Source: an uncultured Erysipelotrichaceae bacterium (GTDB lineage Bacteria; Bacillota_I; Bacilli_A; RF39; UBA660). From it: DNA of 64,000 nt. The DNA is taken from positions 974 through 64,973 of the forward strand of contig CACYWH010000002.1 in NCBI GenBank assembly GCA_902778125.1, read 5' to 3'. This document shows, one piece after another, positions 10,293-21,095 of this stretch (within the stretch, counting starts at the first letter, position 1; the number at the start of each line of letters is the position of its first letter). Made by a program: the position numbers and the translations under genes. The notes under the pieces are model-generated. The model searched no databases. It had not been told where the DNA came from and saw only the letters and a program-made list of their open reading frames with translations.

Positions 10293-11897
10293 TTAATTGT
10301 AGCCCCTTACTTTTTTAAATGCTTGTACAAGACCATTTCTACCATTAAATACTTTTCCATTTGTAAGCTCAGCTATTTCTTTAAGTTGACTATCATCAGC
10401 ATTTCCAAATGTAATACTATATATAGGTATATCTTTATTTACTTTTTTATAATAATTTTGTAAATCGCTAAAGTATCCAACATTAGCCATACCATCAGTC
10501 ATTAAGATAATTGATGAAACATAATCATCATTTTCTTTGTTTAAAAGTTCTAATCCTTTAGATGCTGCTGCATATAATGCTGTTGCTCCGTCTAAATCTT
10601 TATTTTTAATTTTATTTAATAAATCTTCATTTGTAAGTCCACTTGTTGTTGACCAAGTATCAAGTACATAGCTTCCAAATGGTACTACATCAATTTTATC
10701 ATGTTCAGAGAAACTAACACTTATATCATTTCCAGTAAGTACATACTCCATTGCATTAACTAACTCTTCCATTCCACTACCATACATACTGCCTGAATAA
10801 TCTAAACAAAATACAACATGTACGGGTTTACGAAGTTCAGATTGATACAAAGCAAGTGCTTCATTTATTACTGCAATACTTGGATATTTTATAGGGGTTA
10901 TATACTTAGTTGTATTAATTCCCCATTTTGAATTAAATACATCTTTTGGTGCATTATTTGTTGTTCCACCATACCAAGTTCTTCTACCACTTTCTAATAA
11001 TTGCTTTTGTCCATCACCACTTAACAAAAATTCTTGAATGCTTTCAAAAACATCTTTTTTATATTCACTTTTATTATCTATGTATACAAATGGAATATCG
11101 GATATAGCAACTCCATCTACTGGATAAATTGCATATAACGTTTCTTTTCCATCTTTCTCTAATTGTTTATTTATCTTAATTATAGATGATTCACTTGTAA
11201 AGGCAGCATCATAATCTCCATTTATGAAGGATGTCTCTAAAAAATCTTCATCTCCAGAAGTTCTTTTTATTCCTTTAAAGAATTCTTTCAATTGATTTTT
11301 TAATGCTTGATTTTTCAAATGTTCAGACTTTAACACTTCGGGATTACCAGCCAAATTAGATAATATTTCTAAATATGCAGATACCCCACTATTTGTAGTC
11401 ATGGGATTACCCATACTAAATGATAATTCACCACTATTAATTTTATCTAAAATATCTTTTGTATATACATCTTTATTTACAAAACCTAGACTTTCTGCCT
11501 TTGATTTTTTTATACCAAATATTATCGGAGAAATACTGGTTGATCTTAGGCTACTTGTTTTAACAACATTTGAATCTAACATCCTTAACCAAAGTGAATT
11601 TGATACAAGTACAGCATCATACTTTTTACCACTATTTAACGTATCTACTACTTCTAATGTATCTAAATAAGTCACACTAATTTTATAGCCTTTTTTATCA
11701 GCATATTTTGCTATACTTTCTCCAATATCTTTATTATCGCTACTAGATATAATACTAAAAGTATTTTTATCATACTCATAATTATCAATGTCATCATCCG
11801 GTCTCAAATCAGCAATTAAACTATTAATCAAACTATATGCGACAATTGCCACCACTATGTAAATAATTAAATGACTTTTCTTTTTATTCTTTTGCAC
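10293..11897 (-). CDS. Membrane-anchored PBP-like domain fused to a vWA domain with a complete MIDAS
   Basis: It has an N-terminal TM helix. The vWA domain reads VVFCLDYSGSM (DxSxS) ...GATALY... ILMTDGMAN. The preferred start is the GTG 7 nt after GGGAGG; the track's ATG at 11912 lacks an SD. Confidence 0.7.
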   Translation of the reverse strand: MQKNKKKSHLIIYIVVAIVAYSLINSLIADLRPDDDIDNYEYDKNTFSIISSSDNKDIGESIAKYADKKGYKISVTYLDTLEVVDTLNSGKKYDAVLVSNSLWLRMLDSNVVKTSSLRSTSISPIIFGIKKSKAESLGFVNKDVYTKDILDKINSGELSFSMGNPMTTNSGVSAYLEILSNLAGNPEVLKSEHLKNQALKNQLKEFFKGIKRTSGDEDFLETSFINGDYDAAFTSESSIIKINKQLEKDGKETLYAIYPVDGVAISDIPFVYIDNKSEYKKDVFESIQEFLLSGDGQKQLLESGRRTWYGGTTNNAPKDVFNSKWGINTTKYITPIKYPSIAVINEALALYQSELRKPVHVVFCLDYSGSMYGSGMEELVNAMEYVLTGNDISVSFSEHDKIDVVPFGSYVLDTWSTTSGLTNEDLLNKIKNKDLDGATALYAAASKGLELLNKENDDYVSSIILMTDGMANVGYFSDLQNYYKKVNKDIPIYSITFGNADDSQLKEIAELTNGKVFNGRNGLVQAFKKVRGYN

Positions 11898-11962
11898 ATT
11901 AAAGCCTCCCATCCTAACTATTAAAATTATATCATTTATTTTATAAAAAAGATATACAAAAT

Positions 11963-11994
11963 AAAAAAAGTAGAACTATAATTCTACTTTTTTT
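11963..11994. terminator. Bidirectional terminator after the Big_2 surface protein gene
   Basis: The stem AGTAGAA/TTCTACT is flanked by an A7 run and a T7 run. The stop codon lies in the loop. Confidence 0.6.
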
Positions 11995-13964
11995 GTTCTA
12001 ACAGCTAAGAATGCTACTAAACTTATTATTGCAACCATAAATAGTGCAATAAATGGTTTGGAAATGCCTGTCTTAGGGCTTGGAACTGTTTTATCAACCC
12101 ATACAGCTTTAAGTGTTAAATTTCCTTTTTCAGAACCAAATAAATTTGTAAATATGGATTCATCAGCATATTCATAATCTTTAGAGGAACTGTCTTTTAA
12201 AACTGCATTATTTGCATAAAGTTTCCATCCTTTAAATGTATATCCAGATTTAGTACATACATTCTTTTTAAGCATTATTTTATCATTCTTACTAACTATT
12301 TCACTTGTAAGGCTTCCACTTCCACCATTACAATCATAAGATATTGTATTTTCATCAACATTCTCAGATACGGTAACATTTATAGTAGCTACTTTTTCAC
12401 CATCTACGGTTTTAGCAGTTAATGTAGCAGTTCCCACTTTTAATCCTTCTATATAATATGTATCAAAATCAATTCCTTCATCTTCTTGAATTTTCACACA
12501 ATTTTCAACCATATCAAGTGTAGAACTATTTTTTAATGTTGTACAATTAGAATAAACCTCCATTATTCTTGCAACTGCTTCATCGCTACTTGTCCAAGTA
12601 ACTCTTTTATTTGTTGCATTAGTTGGTTTTATAGTTAATTGAACCAATCTATGACCACTAAGTGGAACATTTAATGAACTTTGTACAGAAGTTATATCTG
12701 TTACTGCAACTTTATCTACAACAGTAACATTTACTGTAGAACTTTTTGATCCATCAGCTAGTTTTACGGTAATAGTGGCAGTTCCTGCTTTATTTGCTTT
12801 AAATGTAGCACATGTAAGATCTATTTCATCATTTTCGTTTTCATCAGGGCAAGTTGAAGTTTCTAATGAAATTACTTGTGTATTACTAGATTCATATACT
12901 ATATTCTTATTTGTTGCTTTACCTGGTTTAGTAGTTACATTAACTCTTAACGTATCTCCAACAACAACAGTTTTACTTTTAGGATAAGTTGTTAACTCAG
13001 TTACTGGTTTATTTTCAGCAACAACTTTAATATTAGCAGTTGCACTCTTTCCATCTTTTTCAAATTTAATTGTTGTAGTTCCAACTTTTAATCCGGAAAT
13101 AGTATAACATAATTTTTTAACCCCATTTGAAGTACCTATATCAGAACTTGTACAACTAGTTTCATCAGCAAGAGCTGCTACAGTGGTATCGACTATAGTT
13201 GGTACTAAACCACCTGCACCAAGTGTTGCATTTTCTGGAGTTATATTAACAACAATATTAGCTGTTTTTCCTACAGTTATAGATAAATCACTAGTACTTA
13301 ATTCTAAATTAGTTACAGCTACAGTATTGTCTGTCCATTGTGCATAAACAGTTTCTATATCGTCATTTCTTACACCAACAAAGGTAGCATCTTCTGATAT
13401 TTTAGTACCACCAGTTTCAGCAGTATACCATCCTTTAAAAGTGTGATTTTCATATGAAATACTACAACGATTACCAGAAGTTCTTTCAAATACTTCATAT
13501 ACTTTAGTGTTACTTTCCATTTTAGCAATTACATTTGTTTGATCAGATGATTGTGTTAAACGATTTTCCACTTCATCACCTGATAAAACATTATTACATG
13601 TTATTTTACCACCATTAGCCATATATTTAAGTGTTGGTAATACTAATATTGTTTTATTGTATGTATAATGGCCATCTTCAGTAGTAACTGTTACAGTTGC
13701 ACTACCATATTCTACACCAGTAACAAGTCCTTCTGCATTAATAGTCGCTACACTTTCTGGTACAATTGACCATGTAACATTTTTATTAGTTGCATCTTCT
13801 GGAATTATTCTAGTAGTTAATTGTTTTTGTTCTCCTTTTTCAATTATTCTAGTACCTGCTGGTAATATGACAACATCTGTAACAGCTGTATCAGCATAAG
13901 TTGTTAAGGTACCAAATAAAAATAAAGTAAATATAATTAATGTAGATATAATAATTCTTTTCAT
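11976..13964 (-). CDS. Cell-surface protein with Big_2 Ig-like repeats, Listeria-Bacteroides (Flg_new) repeats and an SPKTG sorting signal
   Basis: It has a signal peptide and repeated V..V.I.P........G....L.A.V.P..ATNK.V.W.S modules. Y.FKGW repeats are present (HTFKGWYTAETGG, GYTFKGWKL). The C-terminus carries SPKTG, a TM helix and an RTKKVEL tail. Confidence 0.7.
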   Translation of the reverse strand: MKRIIISTLIIFTLFLFGTLTTYADTAVTDVVILPAGTRIIEKGEQKQLTTRIIPEDATNKNVTWSIVPESVATINAEGLVTGVEYGSATVTVTTEDGHYTYNKTILVLPTLKYMANGGKITCNNVLSGDEVENRLTQSSDQTNVIAKMESNTKVYEVFERTSGNRCSISYENHTFKGWYTAETGGTKISEDATFVGVRNDDIETVYAQWTDNTVAVTNLELSTSDLSITVGKTANIVVNITPENATLGAGGLVPTIVDTTVAALADETSCTSSDIGTSNGVKKLCYTISGLKVGTTTIKFEKDGKSATANIKVVAENKPVTELTTYPKSKTVVVGDTLRVNVTTKPGKATNKNIVYESSNTQVISLETSTCPDENENDEIDLTCATFKANKAGTATITVKLADGSKSSTVNVTVVDKVAVTDITSVQSSLNVPLSGHRLVQLTIKPTNATNKRVTWTSSDEAVARIMEVYSNCTTLKNSSTLDMVENCVKIQEDEGIDFDTYYIEGLKVGTATLTAKTVDGEKVATINVTVSENVDENTISYDCNGGSGSLTSEIVSKNDKIMLKKNVCTKSGYTFKGWKLYANNAVLKDSSSKDYEYADESIFTNLFGSEKGNLTLKAVWVDKTVPSPKTGISKPFIALFMVAIISLVAFLAVRTKKVEL

Positions 13965-14045
13965 TTTTCTACTCTCCTTATCATCTATATTAATTATAAT
14001 ATTTGTTGATTTTATGTGTCAATAAATTTTTATTATTAATGTAAA

Positions 14046-14078
14046 GTAAAAAGACTTTGATTTACATCAAAGTCTTTT
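14046..14078 (-). terminator. str operon / tuf terminator
   Basis: A 12-bp stem AAAGACTTTGAT/ATCAAAGTCTTT is followed by a T run on the minus strand. Confidence 0.75.
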
Positions 14079-14087
14079 GCTTGAAAA

Positions 14088-15257
14088 TTAACCTAAAATT
14101 TCAGTAACTTTTCCAGCACCAACTGTTCTACCACCTTCACGAATTGAGAAACTTGTTCCGTTTTCAAGTGCGATTGGAGTGATTAATTCAACAGTCATAT
14201 CAACATTGTCACCAGGCATAACCATTTCAGTACCTTCTGGTAAAGTAATTACACCAGTAACATCAGTTGTTCTGAAATAGAATTGAGGTCTATAGTTACT
14301 AAAGAATGGAGTATGACGTCCACCTTCTTCTTTAGAAAGAACATAAACGCTAGCTTTAAATTTCTTATGTGGTGTAATGCTTCCTGGTTTGCAAAGAACT
14401 TGTCCTCTTTCAACATCTTCTCTGTTAATTCCACGAAGTAAAACTCCAGCATTATCTCCAGCTTCAGCATAATCTAATGATTTTCTGAACATTTCAATTC
14501 CAGTAACTACTGTTTTTCTTGTATCTCTAATTCCTACAATTTCAACTTCGTCATTAAGATTTAATTTACCTCTTTCAACACGACCTGTAACAACAGTTCC
14601 ACGTCCTGTGATAGTAAATACATCTTCAATACTCATTAAGAATGGTTTTTCTGTATCACGAACTGGTGTATCAATCCATGTATCAACAGCAGCCATAAGA
14701 TCTTTAATAGGTTGTACCCATTTTTCATCACCCTCAAGAGCTTTAAGAGCAGAACCACGAATAATTGGAGTATTGTCTCCATCAAATCCGTATTCATTTA
14801 ATAATTCACGAACTTCCATTTCAACTAAGTCTAATAACTCAGCATCATCAACCATATCACATTTATTGATGAATACAACCATTTTTGGTACACCAACTTG
14901 ACGTGATAATAAGATGTGTTCACGAGTTTGAGGCATTGGTCCATCTGTTGCACTAACAACAAGAATAGCACCATCCATTTGAGCAGCACCTGTAATCATG
15001 TTTTTAACATAATCAGCATGTCCTGGACAGTCAACGTGAGCATAGTGACGTTTGTCAGTACTATATTCAACGTGAGCAGTATTAATAGTAATACCTCTTG
15101 CTTTCTCTTCTGGAGCTTTATCAATTTGGTCATAAGCCATGAATTCTCCGAAGTATTTAGTAATTGCAGCTGTTAATGTTGTTTTACCATGGTCAACGTG
15201 TCCAATAGTACCAATATTAACATGTTCTTTAGAACGATCGAATTTTTGTTTTGCCAT
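14088..15257 (-). CDS. tuf: Elongation factor Tu
   Basis: The sequence is canonical EF-Tu ([22 protein letters not shown]). The start was moved to MAKQKF, 8 nt after AGGAGG. Confidence 0.97.
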   Translation of the reverse strand: MAKQKFDRSKEHVNIGTIGHVDHGKTTLTAAITKYFGEFMAYDQIDKAPEEKARGITINTAHVEYSTDKRHYAHVDCPGHADYVKNMITGAAQMDGAILVVSATDGPMPQTREHILLSRQVGVPKMVVFINKCDMVDDAELLDLVEMEVRELLNEYGFDGDNTPIIRGSALKALEGDEKWVQPIKDLMAAVDTWIDTPVRDTEKPFLMSIEDVFTITGRGTVVTGRVERGKLNLNDEVEIVGIRDTRKTVVTGIEMFRKSLDYAEAGDNAGVLLRGINREDVERGQVLCKPGSITPHKKFKASVYVLSKEEGGRHTPFFSNYRPQFYFRTTDVTGVITLPEGTEMVMPGDNVDMTVELITPIALENGTSFSIREGGRTVGAGKVTEILG

Positions 15258-15285
15258 TTTCATTTCCTCCTTTTATACATTTTAT

Positions 15286-15314
15286 ATTTTATCTAATACT
15301 TGATAATATTTCAA
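15286..15314 (-). promoter_or_regulatory. Candidate internal promoter for tuf
   Basis: TTGAAA-17 nt-TAAAAT sits in the fusA-tuf spacer. Confidence 0.35.
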
Positions 15315-15347
15315 GTATAAATAACAAATTTGGCAAAAGTATACTTT

Positions 15348-17420
15348 TTATTGTACACCATTTTTCTTAATTATTGTTTCAGCAATACCCTTTGGTACTT
15401 CTTCATAATGATCAAAAATCATTTGATAAGTTCCACGTCCTTGAGTATTACTTCTTAAAACTGTCATGTAACCAAACATTTCAGAAAGTGGTACCATTGC
15501 TCTGATACTAATATCTTTACCAATAGCTTCATTTCCAAGAGGTCTACCTCTTCTACTTGTTAAGTCACCCATAACAGTTCCCATGAATTCTTCTGGAACT
15601 CTAACATCAACATTCATGATAGGTTCTAAAATACATGGATTACATTTATTTTTAGCTTCTTTTAATGCCATAGATGCAGCTATTTTAAATGCCATTTCGT
15701 TTGAGTCTACATCATGATAAGATCCATCAAATAATGTACATTTAACATCTATCATAGGATATCCTGCTAGTACACCACCAGCAAGTGCTTCTTGAAGTCC
15801 TTTGTCAACTACTGGAATATATTCACGAGGAACAACTCCACCAACAACTTCATCAACGAATTCATATCCTTTATCTGGATTTGGTTCGAATTTAACCCAA
15901 ACATGTCCATATTGTCCACGTCCACCAGATTGTTTAATATATTTACCTTCACATTCAGCAGCAGATTTTAATGTTTCACGATAAGCAACTTGTGGTTTAC
16001 CAACATTTGCTTCAACATTAAATTCTCTTCTCATTCTATCTACTAGAACATCTAAGTGAAGTTCACCCATACCAGCAATAATTGTTTGACCAGTTTCATG
16101 ATCAGTTTTTGCTCTAAATGATGGGTCTTCTTTAGCTAATTTTTGTAAAGCTAAACTCATTTTTTCTTGATCAGCTTTTGATTTTGGCTCAATAGCAAGC
16201 TCAATAACTGGTTCTGGGAATACCATTTTTTCTAAAATAACTTGATTCTTTTCATCACATAAAGTATCTCCAGTAGTAGTATCTTTAAGACCTACAGCAG
16301 CAGCTATTTCACCAGCATATACTTCAGAAATTTCTTTTCTTTGATTAGCATGCATTTGAAGAATACGACCAATTCTTTCTTTTTCACCATTTGTAGAGTT
16401 CATAACATAGCTTCCAGATTTTAATACACCAGAGTATACACGGAAGAATGTTAAGTTTCCAACAAATGGGTCATTCATAACTTTAAATGCTAAAGCTGAG
16501 AATGGTTCTGAATCACTTGCATGTCTTTCAATTGGATTATCATTTAAATCTACACCTTTGATTGAAGGAATATCTGTAGGTGCTGGTAAATAATCAATAA
16601 CAGCATCTAAAGCTAATTTTACTCCCATATTTCCTAGTGCAGTTCCACACATAACTGGGAATAATTTAACTGCTAATGTTCCTTTTCTAATTGCAGATTT
16701 TAACATATCAACAGGAATTTCTTTTCCTTCTAAATATGCTTCCATAAGTTCATCTGAAAATTCAGAAGCAGCTTCAATTAATTGTTCTCTCATTTCTTCT
16801 GCTTTACTTTGTAATTCAGATGGAATTGCAATTTCTTTAGCTTCTTCCATTTGCTCACCATCATATTCGTAAGCTTTCATAGTGACTAAATCAATTACAC
16901 CTTTAAAATTATCTTCTGCTCCAATTGGATACTCTATAGCAACAGCATGTTCACTTAATCTTTCTTTAGCAGCTCTTAAACTGAAATCAAAATCAGCTCC
17001 CATTTTATCCATTTTATTACAGAATATCATTCTTGGAACTAAATAATCATTAGCTTGTCTCCAAACTTGTTCAGTTTGAGTTTCAGGACCAGCTTGTGAA
17101 TCTAAAAGTGCGATAGCACCATCAAGAACTCTTAAACTACGTGCAACTTCAATTGTAAAGTCTACGTGTCCCGGAGTATCTATGATATTGAATCTATAAC
17201 CCTTCCAGTGTGCAGTAGTTGCAGCACTAGTAATAGTTATACCTCTTTCTTTTTCTTGTTCCATCCAGTCCATTTGTGATTCACCATCGTGAGTTTCACC
17301 AATTTTATGGATTCTACCTGTATGGAACAAAACACGTTCAGTAAATGTAGTTTTTCCGGCATCAATATGTGCCATAATTCCTATATTACGAGTTTTATCT
17401 ATTGATACATCACGCGCCAT
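15348..17420 (-). CDS. fusA: Elongation factor G
   Basis: The sequence is canonical EF-G ([21 protein letters not shown]). Confidence 0.97.
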   Translation of the reverse strand: MARDVSIDKTRNIGIMAHIDAGKTTFTERVLFHTGRIHKIGETHDGESQMDWMEQEKERGITITSAATTAHWKGYRFNIIDTPGHVDFTIEVARSLRVLDGAIALLDSQAGPETQTEQVWRQANDYLVPRMIFCNKMDKMGADFDFSLRAAKERLSEHAVAIEYPIGAEDNFKGVIDLVTMKAYEYDGEQMEEAKEIAIPSELQSKAEEMREQLIEAASEFSDELMEAYLEGKEIPVDMLKSAIRKGTLAVKLFPVMCGTALGNMGVKLALDAVIDYLPAPTDIPSIKGVDLNDNPIERHASDSEPFSALAFKVMNDPFVGNLTFFRVYSGVLKSGSYVMNSTNGEKERIGRILQMHANQRKEISEVYAGEIAAAVGLKDTTTGDTLCDEKNQVILEKMVFPEPVIELAIEPKSKADQEKMSLALQKLAKEDPSFRAKTDHETGQTIIAGMGELHLDVLVDRMRREFNVEANVGKPQVAYRETLKSAAECEGKYIKQSGGRGQYGHVWVKFEPNPDKGYEFVDEVVGGVVPREYIPVVDKGLQEALAGGVLAGYPMIDVKCTLFDGSYHDVDSNEMAFKIAASMALKEAKNKCNPCILEPIMNVDVRVPEEFMGTVMGDLTSRRGRPLGNEAIGKDISIRAMVPLSEMFGYMTVLRSNTQGRGTYQMIFDHYEEVPKGIAETIIKKNGVQ

Positions 17421-17435
17421 AAGTTTTCTCCCTTC

Positions 17436-17903
17436 TTACCATCTATAATGAGCATATGCTTTATTAGCTTCTGCCATTTTATGAGTATCTTCACGTTTTT
17501 TAACTGCTCCACCAACTCCGTTTGAAGCGTCTATTATTTCAGCAGCTAAGTTTTCTGCCATACCTTTTCCATTTCTAGATTTAGCATATTGAATTAACCA
17601 ACGTAATGTTAATGCATTAGCTCTATCTTCTCTAACTTCCATAGGTACAGAATAGTTACTACCACCAATACGTCTACTCTTTATTTCTAAAGCTGGTTTA
17701 ACATTTTCAAATGCTTTATTTAAGACTTCTATAGGATCTTGTTTAGTTTTTTCTTTAACTATATCAAGTGCACTATATAATATTTTTTGAGCAGTTCCTT
17801 TTTTACCACCAATCATGATTCCATTGATTAATTTAGTAATCATTTTAGAATTATATATAGGATCTGCTAAAACATCTCTTTTAATTGCTTGTCTTTTACG
17901 CAT
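17436..17903 (-). CDS. rpsG: 30S ribosomal protein S7
   Basis: The 155-aa product has the S7 sequence, and the gene sits in str operon order. Confidence 0.95.
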   Translation of the reverse strand: MRKRQAIKRDVLADPIYNSKMITKLINGIMIGGKKGTAQKILYSALDIVKEKTKQDPIEVLNKAFENVKPALEIKSRRIGGSNYSVPMEVREDRANALTLRWLIQYAKSRNGKGMAENLAAEIIDASNGVGGAVKKREDTHKMAEANKAYAHYRW

Positions 17904-17935
17904 GTTATTATTCTCCTTTCATTAAGATATTTATT

Positions 17936-18349
17936 TTATTTTTTAGGTTTCTTAGTTCCGTATTTACTTCTACCTTGTCTTCTCTTATCAATACCTGCAG
18001 TATCTAAAGTACCACGAACAATATGATAACGAACACCGATAAGGTCTTTAACACGTCCACCTCTAATTAGAACAACACTATGTTCTTGTAAGTTATGTCC
18101 TTCTCCACCAATGTAACAAGTAACTTCATATCCATTACTTAATTTAACTCTGGCAATTTTTCTTAAAGCTGAGTTTGGTTTCTTAGGTGTCTTAGTAGAA
18201 ACACGAGTACATACTCCACGTTTTTGTGGTGATGTATTGTTAGTTTTCTTTTTATCTTTTGAGTTATATCCAATATTTAATACTGGGCTTTTACTCTTCT
18301 TAGTTTTTTGTCCTCTTGATTTTCTAACTAATTGATTAATTGTAGGCAT
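17936..18349 (-). CDS. rpsL: 30S ribosomal protein S12
   Basis: The product begins [10 protein letters not shown] and contains [10 protein letters not shown]. Confidence 0.95.
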   Translation of the reverse strand: MPTINQLVRKSRGQKTKKSKSPVLNIGYNSKDKKKTNNTSPQKRGVCTRVSTKTPKKPNSALRKIARVKLSNGYEVTCYIGGEGHNLQEHSVVLIRGGRVKDLIGVRYHIVRGTLDTAGIDKRRQGRSKYGTKKPKK

Positions 18350-18439
18350 ATTTTTTCTCCTTTCTTAATACACATTTCCAGGTGTATCAAAATCATTATT
18401 TTTATAAGTTTTCCCTAGGGAAAACCTCAAATCTAGTTA

Positions 18440-18468
18440 ATAATAACATTAAAAAAACTTAATGTCAA
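18440..18468 (-). promoter_or_regulatory. str operon promoter
   Basis: It reads TTGACA-17 nt-TATTAT. The -35 box lies inside the upstream terminator hairpin. The leader contains the palindrome GTTTTCCCTAGGGAAAAC (about 18408-18425). Confidence 0.55.
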
Positions 18469-18489
18469 TCTTTTTCTTCACATTAAGTT
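18451..18489 (-). terminator. Terminator of M16 pair 1
   Basis: The stem AACTTAATGT/ACATTAAGTT is followed by a T7 run on the minus strand. Confidence 0.55.
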
Positions 18490-18516
18490 TATTTTTTTAA
18501 AAAAACATTATTCTTT

Positions 18517-19764
18517 TTATTTTTTTAATTGCTTTACCTTGCCCATTGTATAGTTATCAAATCTTAGCATATTTAATATTTCCATAAATCTTTCGTAAGT
18601 TATTTTTTTATAAATATCTAAATCAGAATAATTTTCAGTATATTGTAATCTATCGCCAAATTTAGAAGGTGCACTATATTTATCATCACAATCCCTAACC
18701 TCTTCTGCTATTAAAGATCTTCTAATTCCTTCAAATTCAGAGAAACTCATATCTTTTCTATATAATTTATCTCTTGCAGTCTTTAAATATTCTTTTGGAT
18801 TATTAGAAACATAACTATGGATTAATTGTATATAATTATCAGTTATTTTTGTATAACCATAATATATAAAATCAAGTAAATTTTTGCTTTTCAAATATAG
18901 ATAAAAATCACTATCACTACTTATTAGATAATTTATTAAAAAATTCATACAAATAACTAGTTCCTCTTTAGAAACGTTTGTTGGCTTTTTTATCTTTATT
19001 CCTAAACTATTAATATCTACATCAACTTTTCTTACTATCTCTTCCTCTTTAGTTCTCATAGGTTCTAAATCAAAGTTAGGCAAAATCACTCTTCTTTGAT
19101 GACTACTTATATTAGCATATATGTTATTTAAATAATCAACCAATTCTTCCTCATTTACATTACCAGCTATTACTAATACTTTATTATCATCTGTATAGAA
19201 TGCATTATAACAATCATAAAGACTTTGCGTAGTTATTTCTTTTGTAATTTGTCTATTTCCTATTGGAGACAATGTATAATCATATTCGTCATATGTAGAA
19301 AACAAATTCTTTTCAACCAAATTAACAGCTTGAACATCATAGTTATCTTGCCAAGTTGATGCTTCTTCACAAATTGCATGTCTACTTTGATTAACATCTT
19401 TATCATCAAAAACAGGACAGTCAATTGCTTCAATTAATTCTTTAATTGATTTTTTTATATTACCAGCGCCCACAAAATGATAGCAAGTATGATCAAGAGC
19501 GGTATATGCATTAGCATTTAAACATCTAGAATCAAAATTAGTATATATATTACCATGTTTTGAATGTTCTCCAAGTAAATGCTCCAAATAATGCGCATAC
19601 CCAGAACTTACGTTATGTTCCTTTCCATCAAGATTAAAATTAAACCATCTACCACTAGAACCATATTTAACAATATAACTTACAAATGTTTGCTTTAATG
19701 ACTTATCATTATATAAATATAAAGGTATACCATTATTTAAAACAATTTTTTTATAATTATGCAT
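18517..19764 (-). CDS. M16 (pitrilysin/insulinase) family peptidase, active-type subunit
   Basis: The HxxEH zinc motif is present (GYAHYLEHLL). The start was moved to MHNYKK behind AAGGGGGA. It overlaps the upstream partner by 8 nt. Confidence 0.7.
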   Translation of the reverse strand: MHNYKKIVLNNGIPLYLYNDKSLKQTFVSYIVKYGSSGRWFNFNLDGKEHNVSSGYAHYLEHLLGEHSKHGNIYTNFDSRCLNANAYTALDHTCYHFVGAGNIKKSIKELIEAIDCPVFDDKDVNQSRHAICEEASTWQDNYDVQAVNLVEKNLFSTYDEYDYTLSPIGNRQITKEITTQSLYDCYNAFYTDDNKVLVIAGNVNEEELVDYLNNIYANISSHQRRVILPNFDLEPMRTKEEEIVRKVDVDINSLGIKIKKPTNVSKEELVICMNFLINYLISSDSDFYLYLKSKNLLDFIYYGYTKITDNYIQLIHSYVSNNPKEYLKTARDKLYRKDMSFSEFEGIRRSLIAEEVRDCDDKYSAPSKFGDRLQYTENYSDLDIYKKITYERFMEILNMLRFDNYTMGKVKQLKK

Positions 19765-20992
19765 TTTTATCCCCCTTATACATAAACACATTTTTTAATT
19801 TTAATGTTCCCATATGCTGTGCTATTTCTTCTTCAGTATAACTATCTATATTTTTAATAAAATCATTATAATTAAAATTATCAGGAATGCCACGAATATA
19901 ATCATCTAAGTAATCTAAAATATAATCCTTTTTTTCACTTAATAGATAATCTTCATTTTTAATATACTCTTTTGCAAACTTTAATAGTTCTATTAATTTG
20001 TTTTTATCTTGTGCAATAGAAATAATTTCCTTAATAGCTTCCATTGCTTTTTGCTTGTTATTCTTATCGATTTTTGTGGTAAAAACGAACGCTTTTTTAT
20101 AACAATAGATTGAAATATATGACGAATAAACAAGGCCATATTTTTCCCTTAGTATTTGATGGCATAAACCATTACCACCATTAAATATTGAGCTTAATAC
20201 TTTGGATAATCCTTCATCAATTTTATCAGTTTCATAAGTTACATATAATATTGACTCATTTGCATCATGATCTAATACTTCACTATCATCTTCAACTATT
20301 TTGCATTTAGAAGCATAATCTAGTACATCGCCATTATTTTTATATGGTATATATTTTCTAAATAAATCAAATTGTTCTTTAGAAATATTACCAAAAACCA
20401 TTCCTCTATAAAATGTTTGTTCATTGATAGAATTCTTATATGCTTCTTTTATATCATCTAGTGTAATAGAATTAATAATACTTGATATATATTCTAAATC
20501 TATTGAACAACCATATTTATTATTTTCATCATCAAAAACATTATCTAAAAATAATCTCTTAGCTTTATTGTTAGAATTAGATAATTTATGTGCTAGAGTA
20601 GATATATAAGATCTTTTAATTGTTTCTAGAAGATTAGCATCAGTAAACTTAGGATGTAATATAATGTTTTTTATAAAATCAAATGCACCAGCTAAATAAT
20701 CATCTTCAACTATACTTGGTGAAACCAAATCTGCACTAACGATTATACTACTTGTTTTACCGATTTTTTGAGGAAAAAAGTATAAATCCATTGCATATAA
20801 TTCTTTCATTTTTTGATTTATTGATGGATAAATTTCATTTGACTGCATCATATATTTACATAATACGTAATTTACAGCATCTTCTCTATTTCCCACTTTT
20901 CCATTAAAGCTTAATTGAATATTTATTGTATTAAAATTATCATCTTGATATAAATAAACACCATTATCATTAATAAGTCTAGATAAATCCAT
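19757..20992 (-). CDS. M16 family peptidase-like protein, non-catalytic partner
   Basis: It has M16-like length and fold pattern, but the HxxEH position is degenerate (AVNYVLCKYMMQ). It is translationally coupled to the active subunit. Confidence 0.55.
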   Translation of the reverse strand: MDLSRLINDNGVYLYQDDNFNTINIQLSFNGKVGNREDAVNYVLCKYMMQSNEIYPSINQKMKELYAMDLYFFPQKIGKTSSIIVSADLVSPSIVEDDYLAGAFDFIKNIILHPKFTDANLLETIKRSYISTLAHKLSNSNNKAKRLFLDNVFDDENNKYGCSIDLEYISSIINSITLDDIKEAYKNSINEQTFYRGMVFGNISKEQFDLFRKYIPYKNNGDVLDYASKCKIVEDDSEVLDHDANESILYVTYETDKIDEGLSKVLSSIFNGGNGLCHQILREKYGLVYSSYISIYCYKKAFVFTTKIDKNNKQKAMEAIKEIISIAQDKNKLIELLKFAKEYIKNEDYLLSEKKDYILDYLDDYIRGIPDNFNYNDFIKNIDSYTEEEIAQHMGTLKLKNVFMYKGDKNA

Positions 20993-21018
20993 AAATACCC
21001 CCACTTTCTATAAGGCAT

Positions 21019-21047
21019 ATAATATCATATGCGATAATTTAAGTCAA
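21019..21047 (-). promoter_or_regulatory. Promoter of M16 pair 1
   Basis: It reads TTGACT-17 nt-TATTAT and sits directly after the der terminator. Confidence 0.5.
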
Positions 21048-21087
21048 TTTAAAAGCATTTAAGATTTGAACAAACTTAAATGCTTTT
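21048..21087 (-). terminator. der terminator
   Basis: A 12-bp stem AAAGCATTTAAG/CTTAAATGCTTT is followed by a T run. Confidence 0.6.
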
Positions 21088-21095
21088 CTTGATAA

